A stretch of DNA of 64,000 bases, taken from assembly GCA_964357975.1 (NCBI GenBank), contig CAYHNG010000002.1:4560-68559 (forward strand), written 5' to 3'. The stretch comes from an uncultured Pseudomonadales bacterium (GTDB lineage: Bacteria > Patescibacteriota > Microgenomatia > UBA1400 > MFAQ01). Below are positions 21,232 to 30,159 of this stretch, piece after piece. The translations under genes were made by a program, and so were the position numbers. Each line of letters begins with the position of its first letter. Position 1 is the first letter of the stretch. The notes under the pieces were generated by a model that worked only from the letters and a program-made list of their open reading frames with translations, did not search any database and was not told the DNA's origin.

Positions 21232-22296
21232 ATGAAGATATTAGCGATTGAGAGCACGTGTGATGAAACGGCGGCGGCTGTAGTGGAGAACTTTGGCGAG
21301 GGAGTCAAGGTGATAAAAAGTGTGGTGGCAAGCTCGGTGGAGATGCACGAAAAATATGGTGGAATTGTCCCTGAAGTAGCCGCAAGGGAACAAATTAAAA
21401 GTATGATTCCGGTAATTATGGAAGCAATCGGCGATGATAAGGTCGAGGCGGTAGCCGTAAGTTATGGACCGGGCCTAATGGGAAGTTTGCTCGTGGGAGT
21501 GGAAACCGCCAAGGTTCTGGCGTGGGCATGGAAAAAACCATTACTTAAAGTAAATCACATGGCGGCCCACGTGCTGGCAAATTGGATCACTAAGGAAGGA
21601 TCTCAGATGTCAGATGTCAGATCTCAGATTCCGGAGATGCCGGCCGTTGGTTTGGTAGTTAGTGGAGGGCACACTGATCTGATACTAATGGAGAGTTTGA
21701 GTAAGTGGACTTGGATTGGAGGGACACGTGACGATGCGGTAGGAGAGGCTTTTGATAAAGTAGCGAGAATCTTAGGACTTCCCTATCCCGGTGGACCGGA
21801 AGTGGACAAAGCGGCAAGTAAGGTAACAGAGAAAGAATGGGAAACAAACAAAAATGAATTTAAATTACCTAGACCCTTGATCCATGATCCTGGATTAGAA
21901 ATGAGTTTCTCGGGAATTAAAGCGGCAGTGGCGAGAGTGGTAGAAACAAGATCTCAGATGTCAGATCTCAGATTTCAGATGTCGGATGAGACTTTTAGGA
22001 ATCTGGTGGCGAGAGAATTTAGTGAAGCGGTAACAGAGGTTCTGGTGAAGAAAACCATGATGGCAGTTGAACAATTTTTACCAAGAAGTGTTGTTCTGGC
22101 TGGTGGAGTGGCGGCAAACAAAAAACTCAGAGAAAGGTTGAGAGCTGAAGTAGAGAAGACAGAAGAAACAAAGTTTTTTGTACCTGAACTTAAATATTGC
22201 GGAGACAACGCCGCAATGGTTGGTGCAGTAGCTATACTACGCCGTGAAGAAGCGGAGTTAGACCTAAAACCGGAGCCAAGTCTGGCGACGGTCTAA
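21232..22296 (+). CDS. tsaD: tRNA N6-adenosine threonylcarbamoyltransferase TsaD, with two in-frame heptamer-repeat insertions
   Basis: MKILAIESTCDETAAAVV N-terminus and VSGGHT. Inserted peptides SQMSDVRSQIPE and RSQMSDLRFQMSDE are encoded by copies B2 and B3. Confidence 0.85.
   Translation: MKILAIESTCDETAAAVVENFGEGVKVIKSVVASSVEMHEKYGGIVPEVAAREQIKSMIPVIMEAIGDDKVEAVAVSYGPGLMGSLLVGVETAKVLAWAWKKPLLKVNHMAAHVLANWITKEGSQMSDVRSQIPEMPAVGLVVSGGHTDLILMESLSKWTWIGGTRDDAVGEAFDKVARILGLPYPGGPEVDKAASKVTEKEWETNKNEFKLPRPLIHDPGLEMSFSGIKAAVARVVETRSQMSDLRFQMSDETFRNLVAREFSEAVTEVLVKKTMMAVEQFLPRSVVLAGGVAANKKLRERLRAEVEKTEETKFFVPELKYCGDNAAMVGAVAILRREEAELDLKPEPSLATV
21601..21634. repeat. Family-B heptamer tract, copy B2 (inside tsaD, in frame)
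   Basis: TCTCAGATGTCAGATGTCAGATCTCAGATTCCGG. Confidence 0.6.
21949..21988. repeat. Family-B heptamer tract, copy B3 (inside tsaD, in frame)
   Basis: AGATCTCAGATGTCAGATCTCAGATTTCAGATGTCGGATG. Confidence 0.6.
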
Positions 22297-22312
22297 TCGA
22301 AATAAATAAAAA

Positions 22313-22332
22313 AACCCGCCGGCAAAAGCGGG
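22313..22332 (-). terminator. Intrinsic terminator for the small minus-strand gene (weakly bidirectional for tsaD)
   Basis: ACCCGCCGGCAAAAGCGGGT, flanked by an A-run on the plus strand (a T-run on the minus strand). Confidence 0.5.
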
Positions 22333-22351
22333 TAATAAAGAGACAATTTTT

Positions 22352-22558
22352 CTATAGAGCAAGGAGCGCCAGACCTATGACAGCGAGTATGCCTGCTACG
22401 CCGTATGGCTTGTTCCCCTCGAAGAAGACTTCTTTCTCAGGTCCTCGATAAACACTCTCCCTGATCGAACTTCTTGGTCTCGGTCTGTAAAAAAGTTTCA
22501 CCAGAACAAGAAGTACAGCAAATACTATAAAAACGATCCCAAGAATATTTAGGAACAT
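22352..22558 (-). CDS. Small two-TM membrane protein (68 aa), paralog of 23333-23590
   Basis: Consensus promoter and GAGGAG SD upstream, terminator downstream. Confidence 0.5.
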   Translation of the reverse strand: MFLNILGIVFIVFAVLLVLVKLFYRPRPRSSIRESVYRGPEKEVFFEGNKPYGVAGILAVIGLALLAL

Positions 22559-22601
22559 CTCTCTCTCCTCTCGGTCTGTTAAAGAATGTTAGTTATGGGA
22601 T

Positions 22602-22630
22602 ATTATAGTATCCCTTAGGGTCCCCGTCAA
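22602..22630 (-). promoter_or_regulatory. Consensus sigma70-type promoter TTGACG-17-TATAAT
   Basis: Minus-strand sequence cTTGACGgggaccctaagggatacTATAATatccc. Duplicated at 23622-23650. Confidence 0.6.
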
Positions 22631-22668
22631 GGGATGAGTTTCAAGCCTGAGCCAAGTCTGGTGACAGT

Positions 22669-23283
22669 TTAGGGGTTTTTAATAAAGCAACAAATAAAGG
22701 GGTGGTCTTTTTCTTCATGTAGGGTAATATCCAACAAATTAAAACCTGCCTCGACCAGACATTTGGCCATTTCCTCAACCGAATAATATGAATAAAAACG
22801 ACCTTTATTGTCGACTTCAGTACCAACACCTTCTTTGAGGGTTATAAGACCGATGCCACCCTGACGAAGTTGATCTCTTAACACCGCGAGAGAAGAAACG
22901 ATTTCGGCCTTATCCAGATGAAGAAGCGAGGCAATGGCCAGAAGACCATCAAATTTTGGTGAAAGACCGGGAACTCGAAGATCCTGACAGGCAAAATTTC
23001 CCTCCGGATAGCGGGACTTGGCAATCGACAGCATCCCCAAAGAAATATCGGTCCCTACGTAGCCATAGCCCATTTCTCTCAAAAGTAAGGCCTCATTGCC
23101 GATACCACAACCAACTTCCAAAACAGTTCCATCGGGCAATAGTTTTTGAAAGAGGGCTAATTCCTTTGACCAGTAGTGACTGACCCCCTCTCCCCTAAAA
23201 GAATTAAACTCTCGAGCGTGGTGATCATAATATGCAAGGGTGTTCTTTTCATGTTCATTTTTGTCCATGTCGGAGCATACCAT
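22669..23283 (-). CDS. Class I SAM-dependent methyltransferase
   Basis: VLEVGCGIGNEALLL motif I and DGLLAIASLLH motif. Confidence 0.75.
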   Translation of the reverse strand: MVCSDMDKNEHEKNTLAYYDHHAREFNSFRGEGVSHYWSKELALFQKLLPDGTVLEVGCGIGNEALLLREMGYGYVGTDISLGMLSIAKSRYPEGNFACQDLRVPGLSPKFDGLLAIASLLHLDKAEIVSSLAVLRDQLRQGGIGLITLKEGVGTEVDNKGRFYSYYSVEEMAKCLVEAGFNLLDITLHEEKDHPFICCFIKNP

Positions 23284-23287
23284 GATC

Positions 23288-23322
23288 CAAAAAAAAAGAA
23301 AAACCCACCGGTAAGGGTGGGC
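23288..23322 (-). terminator. Intrinsic terminator or attenuator between the small membrane gene and the methyltransferase
   Basis: CCCACCCTTACCGGTGGG hairpin followed by T9 on the minus strand. Confidence 0.5.
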
Positions 23323-23332
23323 GGTGCAATGT

Positions 23333-23590
23333 CTATTTCTTCAGAGTGGTTGTTTCCGAGACCACCTTCCGACGAAAAAGATTGAGATAGTAGTAGTCCG
23401 AGAATGATTGTATTGAAAGAGCAAAAACAAGCAACCCGTCGGAGTAGATTGCGAAGATCACAATGAGCACGATGCTTGCAAAGAAAAAGAAGTAATCGAT
23501 CTTCTTGGGGACGTAGTTGGCCGGCTTGAGCATGTTGGCCACGATGATGAAGGCACTTAATAGCACCAAAATGAGTGTTGGTGTGGGCAT
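23333..23590 (-). CDS. Small two-TM membrane protein (85 aa), paralog of 22352-22558
   Basis: Shares a homologous promoter and 5'UTR (CTATAATAyCCCATAA...GGAG) with its paralog. Confidence 0.5.
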   Translation of the reverse strand: MPTPTLILVLLSAFIIVANMLKPANYVPKKIDYFFFFASIVLIVIFAIYSDGLLVFALSIQSFSDYYYLNLFRRKVVSETTTLKK

Positions 23591-23621
23591 GGGGGTTCTC
23601 CTCGTATGTCAGGGTATGTTT

Positions 23622-23650
23622 CTTATGGGGTATTATAGTGCCCCTTAAGG
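23622..23650 (-). promoter_or_regulatory. Consensus sigma70-type promoter TTGACG-17-TATAAT (second copy)
   Basis: Minus-strand sequence cacTTGACGaaagccttaaggggcacTATAATacccc. Confidence 0.6.
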
Positions 23651-23673
23651 CTTTCGTCAAGTGATGAGGTAAA

Positions 23674-25830
23674 ATGAGGGTGATGGAAAAGAATTACGAT
23701 CACAAAGAATACGAAGAGAAGATATATCGCGAGTGGGAGGCTAGTGGAGCCTTTACTCCCCCTACTGGAGCTGGGGTAGCAAAAACCGGACAGAAGACTT
23801 TAACGATCATTATGCCACCTCCAAACGCCAATGATCCGTTACATGTGGGACATGCGATGTTTGTGACGATCGAGGATATTCTGGTTAGATTCCACAGAAT
23901 GCGAGGTGAAGCGACTCTGTGGCTTCCGGGTACTGATCATGCCGGAATCGAAACGCAGTTTGTCTTTGAAAAGAAATTAGCTAAACAGAAAAAGAGTCGA
24001 TTTGATTTTGATAGGGACACTCTATATCAAATGATCTGGGATTATGTACAAGAAAACTCCGGAGTAGCGATCGAACAAATGAAAAAATTGGGAGCAAGTG
24101 CCGATTGGAGCAGATATAAGTTCACCCTCGACCAGGAGGTGGTCACAGAGGTTATCAAAACCTTTGTAAAGCTACACGAAGACGGATTGGTCTACAGAGG
24201 TGTCAAACTAGTCAATTACTGCACCCGATGTGGGACCGCCTATTCGGAACTGGAAGTGGATCATGAGGATCGAGAGGACAAGCTCTACAAAATAAATTAC
24301 GGAAAAATTATGGTGGCGACTACCAGACCGGAAACCATGCTCGGAGATGTGGCAGTGGCCGTTAATCCGGATGACCCCAGATACAAGAAGCTGATTGGCG
24401 AGAAGGTTGCCTTGCCACTCGTAGGGAGAGAAATACCCATTGTCGGGGACTCAATGGTGGACATGGAGTTTGGAACCGGTGCCGTAAAGATTACTCCGAC
24501 TCACGATCAAAATGATTGGGAGGTAGCGGTAAGGCAAGGGTGGAATATGGAAGAGATTGTCAGAGACTATCAGGTAATCGGAAATAACGGCAAGATGACC
24601 CAGAATGCCGGGAAATATGAGGGGTTGAACACAGTAGAGGCGAGAGAGAAGGTAGTGACTGATTTGGGAGAAGCTTTAATAGAAACGAAACCTTATCTTC
24701 ACAGCGTGGGTACTTGTTATCGATGCCATCGAATAATTGAGCCTTTGCCGATGAAACAATTCTTTATCAAGGTTAAAACTCTTGCAGATAAAGCTCTGAA
24801 AGCTCTCGATCAAGGAGAGACGGAGATTATGGGATCCGGTCATGACAAAATCTTACGTCACTGGCTAAGCAACTTACGAGATTGGAATATCAGCCGGCAG
24901 ATTGTTTGGGGAATAAGAATACCGGTGTGGTATCCACCAAAAGAACTCAAGGAATCAAGAACTCAAGGAATCAAGACAGAAAATGAGGAGTATGTGGTGA
25001 GTGAGAAGAGCCCGGGTGAAGGGTGGATTCAGGAAACAGATACGTTTGATACCTGGTTTTCTTCCGGCCAATGGCCAGTGGTGACACTAAAAACCGGTAA
25101 ACCGGGAGACTTTGAGGCATATTATCCAACGAGCGTAATGGAAACAGCCTATGACATTCTCCCCTTTTGGGTGATGAGGATGATGATGCTCGGCATATAT
25201 ATGACAGGAAAATCTCCCTTTAGAACGGTGTATTTACACGGATTGGTGCGAGATGAAAAGGGAGAAAAGATGAGCAAAAGTAAAGGCAACGTGATCAATC
25301 CTTTGGACTTGACCGAAAAATATGGAGCGGATTCTCTGAGGATGGCCCTGGTCATGAGCACGACGCCAGGACAAGATAGCAACACGGGAGAGAACAAAGT
25401 ACGGGGTATGAGAAATTTCGGGAATAAGATTTGGAATGCGGGAAGATATGTGTTGGAACTTGGATCAATAATGTCAGATGGAGTGAGATTGCCACGTCAC
25501 TCCGTTCCTCGCAATGACGGCGTTGGAGGAGAGAAAGATGATGACTTTGAAAAGAAGATGGAGGTAATAAAAAAGGAATTAACCAGATTGTTGGAGGATA
25601 ACCGTGTCGGACTGGCGGCGGAGTATATTTACAATGAATTTTGGCACTGGTTTTGTGATGAGCAGATTGAAGAAAATAAACAAGGAAGGATTAGTGACGA
25701 GGTCCTCAAAGCTGGATTTGAATCATTTTTGAAAATGCTTCACCCGTTCGTCCCCTTTGTGACGGAAGCGGTGTGGAAAGAGGCGTTTCCGGAGGAAGGA
25801 TTGATTATTAGTCAGAAGTGGCCGATTTAA
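23674..25830 (+). CDS. valS: Valine--tRNA ligase (short form lacking C-terminal coiled coil), with an in-frame family-A repeat
   Basis: PPPNANDPLHVGHA (HIGH) and KMSKSKGN. The peptide GVRLPRHSVPRNDG is encoded by repeat copy A3. Confidence 0.9.
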   Translation: MRVMEKNYDHKEYEEKIYREWEASGAFTPPTGAGVAKTGQKTLTIIMPPPNANDPLHVGHAMFVTIEDILVRFHRMRGEATLWLPGTDHAGIETQFVFEKKLAKQKKSRFDFDRDTLYQMIWDYVQENSGVAIEQMKKLGASADWSRYKFTLDQEVVTEVIKTFVKLHEDGLVYRGVKLVNYCTRCGTAYSELEVDHEDREDKLYKINYGKIMVATTRPETMLGDVAVAVNPDDPRYKKLIGEKVALPLVGREIPIVGDSMVDMEFGTGAVKITPTHDQNDWEVAVRQGWNMEEIVRDYQVIGNNGKMTQNAGKYEGLNTVEAREKVVTDLGEALIETKPYLHSVGTCYRCHRIIEPLPMKQFFIKVKTLADKALKALDQGETEIMGSGHDKILRHWLSNLRDWNISRQIVWGIRIPVWYPPKELKESRTQGIKTENEEYVVSEKSPGEGWIQETDTFDTWFSSGQWPVVTLKTGKPGDFEAYYPTSVMETAYDILPFWVMRMMMLGIYMTGKSPFRTVYLHGLVRDEKGEKMSKSKGNVINPLDLTEKYGADSLRMALVMSTTPGQDSNTGENKVRGMRNFGNKIWNAGRYVLELGSIMSDGVRLPRHSVPRNDGVGGEKDDDFEKKMEVIKKELTRLLEDNRVGLAAEYIYNEFWHWFCDEQIEENKQGRISDEVLKAGFESFLKMLHPFVPFVTEAVWKEAFPEEGLIISQKWPI
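25490..25520. repeat. Family-A repeat, copy A3 (in frame inside valS)
   Basis: GGAGTGAGATTGCCACGTCACTCCGTTCCTCGCAATGACGG, with a 7 bp GGAGTGA/TCACTCC stem. Confidence 0.7.
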
Positions 25831-25838
25831 ATAACAAT

Positions 25839-25862
25839 AGCCCGTCTCTTTAGAAACGGGCT
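25839..25862. terminator. Terminator-like hairpin between valS and the rplY region
   Basis: AGCCCGTCTCTTTAGAAACGGGCT. The U-tract is imperfect on both strands. Confidence 0.35.
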
Positions 25863-26038
25863 ATGCAAAAAAATAGTTAACCTTCGTCTTCTTCGAACCA
25901 TGTTCCTTTTGTCTCAAACCAGGGGTCGGTTCCTTTGTAAGCCATGAAGCCACAGATTGTGGCAATAATGAGCACACCGGCAGTACCAATCCATGCCGTA
26001 ACACCGGTGAAGGAAAGCCACAGCTAGTGTCAAGTGAG

Positions 26039-26716
26039 TTATTCGGCTTTTGGCACTTCTGCCGGCTTCTCGCCTTCTTTAGCCTCACCTTCAGCAGGAA
26101 CGGCACCGGTAACCTCAGCCTCTGCCGGAGCTTCTTCAACCAGAGGAGCTTCTTCCTTCTGTGGGGCGCCTAAGGCGACAATAATTGTCTCAAGATCGGT
26201 AAGAACGGTGACCTCGGAAGGAAGTTTGACATCGGAAAGCTTAAGACTGTCACCAATCTCCTTGAGGGCAGAGATATCGAAAATGACGCTTTCGGGAATA
26301 TCGGTAGGTAGAGCTTCGACTTCGATTTCGTGTAAATTGATATCAAGTACAGCCAAACCATCCTTAACCATCTGAGCCTCTCCGACAACTTCGACAGGCA
26401 CATTGGCGGTAACCTTTTCTTTAAGGTTCACTTGATGAAAATCGACGTGGTACTTCTTGCCGGTAGTGGGATTGTTGGTTAAACCCTTGATAAGAGTAGG
26501 TCTTTCTTTATCCTCGCCTTCGACTTTAAGCCAGATGAGACTGGTTTCTCCCGCATCTTTATAAATCCGATTGAATTCAACTTCCGAGACTTGGATGGCT
26601 TGACTTTTGATAGTGTGGCCAAAAACGTTGGCCGGGATAACGCCTTGTCGGCGTAATTTCTTAACCTTACTACCTGTAAGGAGGCGCTTATCTGCTTTTA
26701 AGATATATTTGTTCAT
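26039..26716 (-). CDS. rplY: 50S ribosomal protein bL25 (Ctc form) with acidic Ala/Glu-rich C-terminal tail
   Basis: MNKYILKADKRLLTGSKVKKLRRQGVIPANVFGH. Confidence 0.85.
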   Translation of the reverse strand: MNKYILKADKRLLTGSKVKKLRRQGVIPANVFGHTIKSQAIQVSEVEFNRIYKDAGETSLIWLKVEGEDKERPTLIKGLTNNPTTGKKYHVDFHQVNLKEKVTANVPVEVVGEAQMVKDGLAVLDINLHEIEVEALPTDIPESVIFDISALKEIGDSLKLSDVKLPSEVTVLTDLETIIVALGAPQKEEAPLVEEAPAEAEVTGAVPAEGEAKEGEKPAEVPKAE

Positions 26717-26755
26717 GATTGGTATTGTATCTTAGAAAGCCAGGCTTCTCAACTT

Positions 26756-29479
26756 TTATTGACTGCCCAAGACAAAACTAACGCCAAAGGTGGAAGTTCT
26801 GGGAGGTAAGACAATCCCCAGATTGTTCTGGCCGGAAGTGACCTGCTCGGTAATGACTGCAGGTCTGGCCTTGTCGGGTATTTTAATATTGAGTTCAGAA
26901 GACTGATTGAGAAGACCCGGTTGACGATATTCGGTAAGGGAATAGGCAAAGGGTACTAAGATAGGTTTGTCTAAGAAGGTAATGAATTTGATTACTAGGC
27001 TATGCGGTTGATTGGCGGTAAGGGAGATGGGGATCTGGAACCTTTCCAAATCATTATCCCTCTGTTGAGTGACCAACCTTATGGAAATACTTTTATCATC
27101 CAATAGAATTTGGTCCAAGACCGAGCCAGCCGGAGCGTAGAGCTGAATTATCTCGTTTAGAGTTCGGTTTACATCGGTAAGATTTTCCGTGAATTGATAC
27201 TGGACCAGATACTCGTGGAGAACACGATTTGGTTCCAGCCAAGCAGAATGAAGTATTTTTCGTTGGAGAATATTCGACAAGGGTAGAAAGGAAAAATTGG
27301 AGACATTTAAGTAGGTAGTCTGAGATAAACAGTTGGCGACACTTGATAACCCCCCGTGGCAGACATGAGGGTATACAGACCCGGCATAAGAACGACCAAT
27401 AAAGGATTTTTCGATATCGGAATCCGAAGTCCAGAAATACAATTGATCTTCTTCCGATTGTTTGGCAAGGACCCTCCCAAAGAAGACGAGAGACCTCTCG
27501 TGACCAAAGAAAGCGTCGAGATAGTAGTCGATAAGTTTTTGATAAATTGTGCTTGGAGAGTTCGTGGCTAGTTCCTTTTGAAACGATTCAGCGGTAATAT
27601 TTTGCCCATCGAGCAGAAGACCTTTGTCCTCCACGAGCAAACTCTCGATAAGCCGGTCGTTGACTGCGAGAATAATGTCCGGCTTGAATTTGAGTGTTTT
27701 TTCAATAAACCACGAGATATTAGTGGCTGTTTGGGGAAAATCAGGGTTGTAGTTTAGATCCCTGACTTTCCAATCAACCTGACCGGTGAAGCGACTAACA
27801 AACGGCGGAGCCGCAACCACGCCGGTAGCCAAAGAATCCAACTCGTCACTCCGATAGATATTTCTGGAGACAAGACGACCCTGCTCCAAAACTAACACCA
27901 GAACATAGTCGATGGCTCCTCCGGTACTTCTTATCTCTTGGCTGTTTTGGAAGAGAACGACAATATTTTTGGCCGAGTCCCCTGCCAAAAATACAGGTAT
28001 AAGTTCGGAGGTTTTTAGAAGGTCCGAAATTTGTAGCTCGACTAATTTTAAATTTTTGAATTCAGGGTTGGAATTGATTTTTTCCTGCAAAACTAAGGGC
28101 AACTTGTTCTGATTACTTAAAAGTTCAATTTGATTAAGATTTTCATAGACCTGACTAAGATTCGACCGGAGAGCGAGGATCGTGTCTCCATAGAACTGCC
28201 CGGTGGACGGGCCTCCAATGGTTTGATAAATTTTCTCGGCCAATTGGTAGGTTTGTTGGAGACTAGCCAGACTCTCTTGTGAGTATTTAAGAAATATGAA
28301 GAGATTGAAATTTTTTTCATGAATATCACTGGCCACTATCGAGACGACAGGCGAGACGACAGAGTAGGAGTATTCCCCTATCTGTGAGTAGAATTTCGAT
28401 CGGCCGAGATCTTTGACCGATAAGGCAATATTGCCTTTTCTCATGTCAAAAAGAGTGGTCTCCAGACTTTTTAAAGAAAGTGCCGTAAAGTAGATATAGC
28501 CGAGAGTTAAAATTAAATAAACAGCGGCAACCGAGACAATGATGTATTCGAGGGTTTTGGTGACTAATTGACGAGCGGTTTCAATATTTTTTACACTCCC
28601 CTTTTTTATTTTGAAGCTGACGATAATTCCGGAAAGTGATTGAAGCCAGGAGCTTAGCCTCTTCAGTTTCAGGTGCTGGTTTTGCTTGTGAGCATAATGA
28701 AGTTTTGTCAGTAGTAAGGTGCGATCTTCCGAAAGACGACGTACAGCGTCTTTCAGTTTGGAGGCGAAATCGTCTTGAGGCTCCCAATTTAGTAGAGCTC
28801 TGGTTTGATTGCCCAAGCTGCTTAGGTCCATGTCGAAACTTTGATCCACTCCCCCCGCATCGATTTCAAACTCAGGTCCCTCAGAATCTTCCAGATTTTT
28901 TTTGATCAAATAGGCAATCTCGAGATCGGTGATAGGATCTCCTACAACCCAAAAACTTTTTCCGGCAGTATTATGTAAAAAGAAGATTTTTTGGAGACAG
29001 CCGGTGAGATCGCCAAAGGAAACAGGATAAAAATTATTTTCACCTTTTTTGGATATTGAGATCTTTCTCTCCGCTATAGCCTCGAGAACATATTTTTCCA
29101 AATAGGTCTCAGAGTATAGAAGAGTGGATTGAAATAAATCTCTAAGGTACACCAAGCGATGTAGCGGACGGTCACCTCCAAGCTTGTTAAGTAGTTCTTG
29201 GAAATAGAGGTTTTTCTCGGAATCAATTTGTTCACCATGGAGAATCAAGACGGTTAATTTTTGGTTTCTTTTTTTGACTTGATCGTAGATTTCAATAATT
29301 TTTTGGCTGATGTGACTTAGGTCTTGCGAAAGGTCAATTAACGCCAAAACATAAGGAAGCTGGATGATGTCCTTGAGAGGCCGAAAGTTTATTTCCGGTG
29401 AGTCAATTTGACCAAGAAAACTTTCCTCAAGAAATGAGTTGTTGCTCCAGACAGCAATTTTGATAACACCTTCCGCCAT
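26756..29479 (-). CDS. Large membrane protein, DUF4012-like (N-terminal Rossmann-like domain, TM, C-terminal domain)
   Basis: 907 aa with a central TM helix and a C-terminal FLAGDSAKNIVVLFQNSQEIRSTGG block reminiscent of DUF4012. Tentative. Confidence 0.35.
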   Translation of the reverse strand: MAEGVIKIAVWSNNSFLEESFLGQIDSPEINFRPLKDIIQLPYVLALIDLSQDLSHISQKIIEIYDQVKKRNQKLTVLILHGEQIDSEKNLYFQELLNKLGGDRPLHRLVYLRDLFQSTLLYSETYLEKYVLEAIAERKISISKKGENNFYPVSFGDLTGCLQKIFFLHNTAGKSFWVVGDPITDLEIAYLIKKNLEDSEGPEFEIDAGGVDQSFDMDLSSLGNQTRALLNWEPQDDFASKLKDAVRRLSEDRTLLLTKLHYAHKQNQHLKLKRLSSWLQSLSGIIVSFKIKKGSVKNIETARQLVTKTLEYIIVSVAAVYLILTLGYIYFTALSLKSLETTLFDMRKGNIALSVKDLGRSKFYSQIGEYSYSVVSPVVSIVASDIHEKNFNLFIFLKYSQESLASLQQTYQLAEKIYQTIGGPSTGQFYGDTILALRSNLSQVYENLNQIELLSNQNKLPLVLQEKINSNPEFKNLKLVELQISDLLKTSELIPVFLAGDSAKNIVVLFQNSQEIRSTGGAIDYVLVLVLEQGRLVSRNIYRSDELDSLATGVVAAPPFVSRFTGQVDWKVRDLNYNPDFPQTATNISWFIEKTLKFKPDIILAVNDRLIESLLVEDKGLLLDGQNITAESFQKELATNSPSTIYQKLIDYYLDAFFGHERSLVFFGRVLAKQSEEDQLYFWTSDSDIEKSFIGRSYAGSVYPHVCHGGLSSVANCLSQTTYLNVSNFSFLPLSNILQRKILHSAWLEPNRVLHEYLVQYQFTENLTDVNRTLNEIIQLYAPAGSVLDQILLDDKSISIRLVTQQRDNDLERFQIPISLTANQPHSLVIKFITFLDKPILVPFAYSLTEYRQPGLLNQSSELNIKIPDKARPAVITEQVTSGQNNLGIVLPPRTSTFGVSFVLGSQ

Positions 29480-29718
29480 TAATTTAGTATAGATGATTTG
29501 TACTTTTACCTTTTTGTTTATTTCTGTATATACGTTTCTTTCTATTGTTTTCTGGCCTTGTTAACTTTTTTACTCTGTGCCTATTTTATCTACTATTCTG
29601 TTATTACTTTCTACATGTGAAAATTATTGGCTGCGATTGATTAGACTTATTCACATTCGTTTTTGACCACAAGATCATCAATAGTATTGCTTTGAAATCC
29701 GTGAAAATTTATGGAAAG

Positions 29719-30156
29719 TTATTTATTGAGAGCGTCGTTAACCAACTGGTCGGCTTCTTTGTTTTTGTCTCTAAGCACATTAACAAAGGACATTAGTTTT
29801 ATTTGATCATTGTCTCTGAGTTTTTTGATCAGACTAACAATGGACTTTCGTAACTCTTGGAGATGTAGTTGTTTAACTTTATAGAGACCGGTGATTTGTT
29901 TGACAATCAGTTCGGAGTCAAGAATAAAGCGAATTTTTTCGGTAGAGATGTCCCGGATTTCAATTTCTTCTAAAGCTCTGAGGACGGCGGTATATTCGGC
30001 CACGTTGTTGGTCGTCTCACCAATTTTTTCCGAGAGAGTAAAGACAACATGACCATCGGCTTTGGCGACGACACCAATGGCGGCCTGGCCCGGATTACCC
30101 CGGGAACCTCCATCGGTATTTATTTCCAGTAAATCTAGGGTTTTCGACATAGGCAT
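29719..30156 (-). CDS. RNase HI-like protein
   Basis: NTDGGSRGNPGQAA...NNVAEYTAVLRALE. Confidence 0.7.
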   Translation of the reverse strand: MPMSKTLDLLEINTDGGSRGNPGQAAIGVVAKADGHVVFTLSEKIGETTNNVAEYTAVLRALEEIEIRDISTEKIRFILDSELIVKQITGLYKVKQLHLQELRKSIVSLIKKLRDNDQIKLMSFVNVLRDKNKEADQLVNDALNK

Positions 30157-30159
30157 AGT

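Noticed and set aside
25861-26139. 92-aa minus-strand ORF between valS and rplY
   Set aside because: It overlaps the rplY 3' region in another frame and has an Arg/Lys-rich low-complexity translation. A different frame in 25880-26030 encodes a hydrophobic TM-like peptide (LSFTGVTAWIGTAGVLIIATICGFMAYKGTDPWFETKGTWFEEDEG) but lacks an in-frame ATG/GTG/TTG after the preceding TAG. Left unannotated.
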